From sequence record OP991903.1: a stretch of DNA of 64,000 nt; one strand, given 5' to 3'. Positions 63,461 through 64,000 of the stretch are shown here, in pieces. Under the pieces are notes generated by a model. The model saw nothing but the letters and a program-made list of their open reading frames with translations. It searched no databases and was not told where the DNA came from. How positions within the stretch are numbered: the first letter of the stretch is position 1; every line of letters starts with the position of its first letter. Position numbers and translations under genes: made by a program.

Positions 63461-64000
63461 TTACTCCGTTACGTAGGTGGCGGTACCGCGTGCAGCTGAC
63501 CAGTTATTGCTCTGGGAAACTACGGTACTGGCCGAAACTAAGGTTGCGTAGAACCCACTACCAACACCGGTATCCGGGTAACTGTTAACCGGTGGTTGTG
63601 TCGGAACAATCTGCGTGGCAGCGGATATCACGTCAAGGTCGCCCAGGTATCCACTTTTCGCTTGCTCGCCTAACACCGTGTTTCGCATCGCCACGTTCAT
63701 GGCGGCGACCAGACTTTCACCCGTACTGGTCAGTTCCAACACCGGTCGCCAATTGTACGCTGCCGTTTTGTTAGTTTGCGCCGAAGCCGTATTGAATCGT
63801 ACCCAGTTGTTGTTAGTGTTCGCCGAATACGTTGTTTGTGTCTCTTCGTAGACGTTGAGGTCCAACTGCGCTATCGTCATCGTCCCGAACTTACCGGTCG
63901 TCAACGACATCAGGAGTCGGTTGTATTCGGAAGCATCGGCGTTACTCAAAGTGGAGAGTGGGTCAGTTAACCCTCCTTTCACGGTACGCACCTTAAACCC
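63461..64000 (-). CDS. virion fibre-like paralog, 5'-truncated by window edge
   Basis: Reading frame open to the window end; SEYNRL..., WRPVLEL then C-terminal extension. Confidence 0.7.
   Translation of the reverse strand, partial: GFKVRTVKGGLTDPLSTLSNADASEYNRLLMSLTTGKFGTMTIAQLDLNVYEETQTTYSANTNNNWVRFNTASAQTNKTAAYNWRPVLELTSTGESLVAAMNVAMRNTVLGEQAKSGYLGDLDVISAATQIVPTQPPVNSYPDTGVGSGFYATLVSASTVVSQSNNWSAARGTATYVTE

Noticed and set aside
58447-64000. Active diversity-generating retroelement
   Set aside because: No reverse transcriptase and no adenine-mismatched TR/VR pair in the window.
1-64000. Alternative genetic code (stop-codon recoding)
   Set aside because: Conserved genes are intact under code 11, and TAA, TAG and TGA all end genes normally.

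Overview
64-kb segment of a phiKZ-related (Chimalliviridae-like) jumbo phage genome, most similar in gene order to the SPN3US / phiEaH2 group infecting Enterobacterales. An AmsF-like gene and E. coli-like SspB, bL12 and NrdA-tail sequences suggest an Erwinia-type host. Layout: 1-7.9 kb, small early/accessory genes. 8.5-29.3 kb, conserved virion block (tail protein, 2217-aa tape measure with a GH19 muramidase domain, virion RNAP beta'N, betaN and beta'M subunits, head proteins, prohead protease). 29.4-58.3 kb, accessory and nucleotide-metabolism genes (DUF488, extended dUTPase, SspB, Ntn-hydrolase paralogs, AmsF-like, ThyA, PhoH, DUF1353, Lar-like, DHH phosphoesterase). 58.4-64 kb, six paralogous virion fibre-like genes arranged as a duplicated three-gene cassette. 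The most striking unexplained signals: (i) a gene carrying only the N-terminal dimerisation domain of ribosomal protein bL12, inside a run of four genes that share a C-terminal NxxGT-x-x-[WFY]-P-basic motif; (ii) a stand-alone 56-aa ORF, missed by the ORF track, ending in the redox tail of class Ia ribonucleotide reductase (DDECEGGACKI); (iii) a 16-nt leader motif TGTTAAAACTACGGAG before six early genes; (iv) several apparently catalytically degenerate enzyme paralogs. All homologies come from motif recognition and recalled reference sequences, not database searches. No tRNA, rRNA, CRISPR array or intron was seen.
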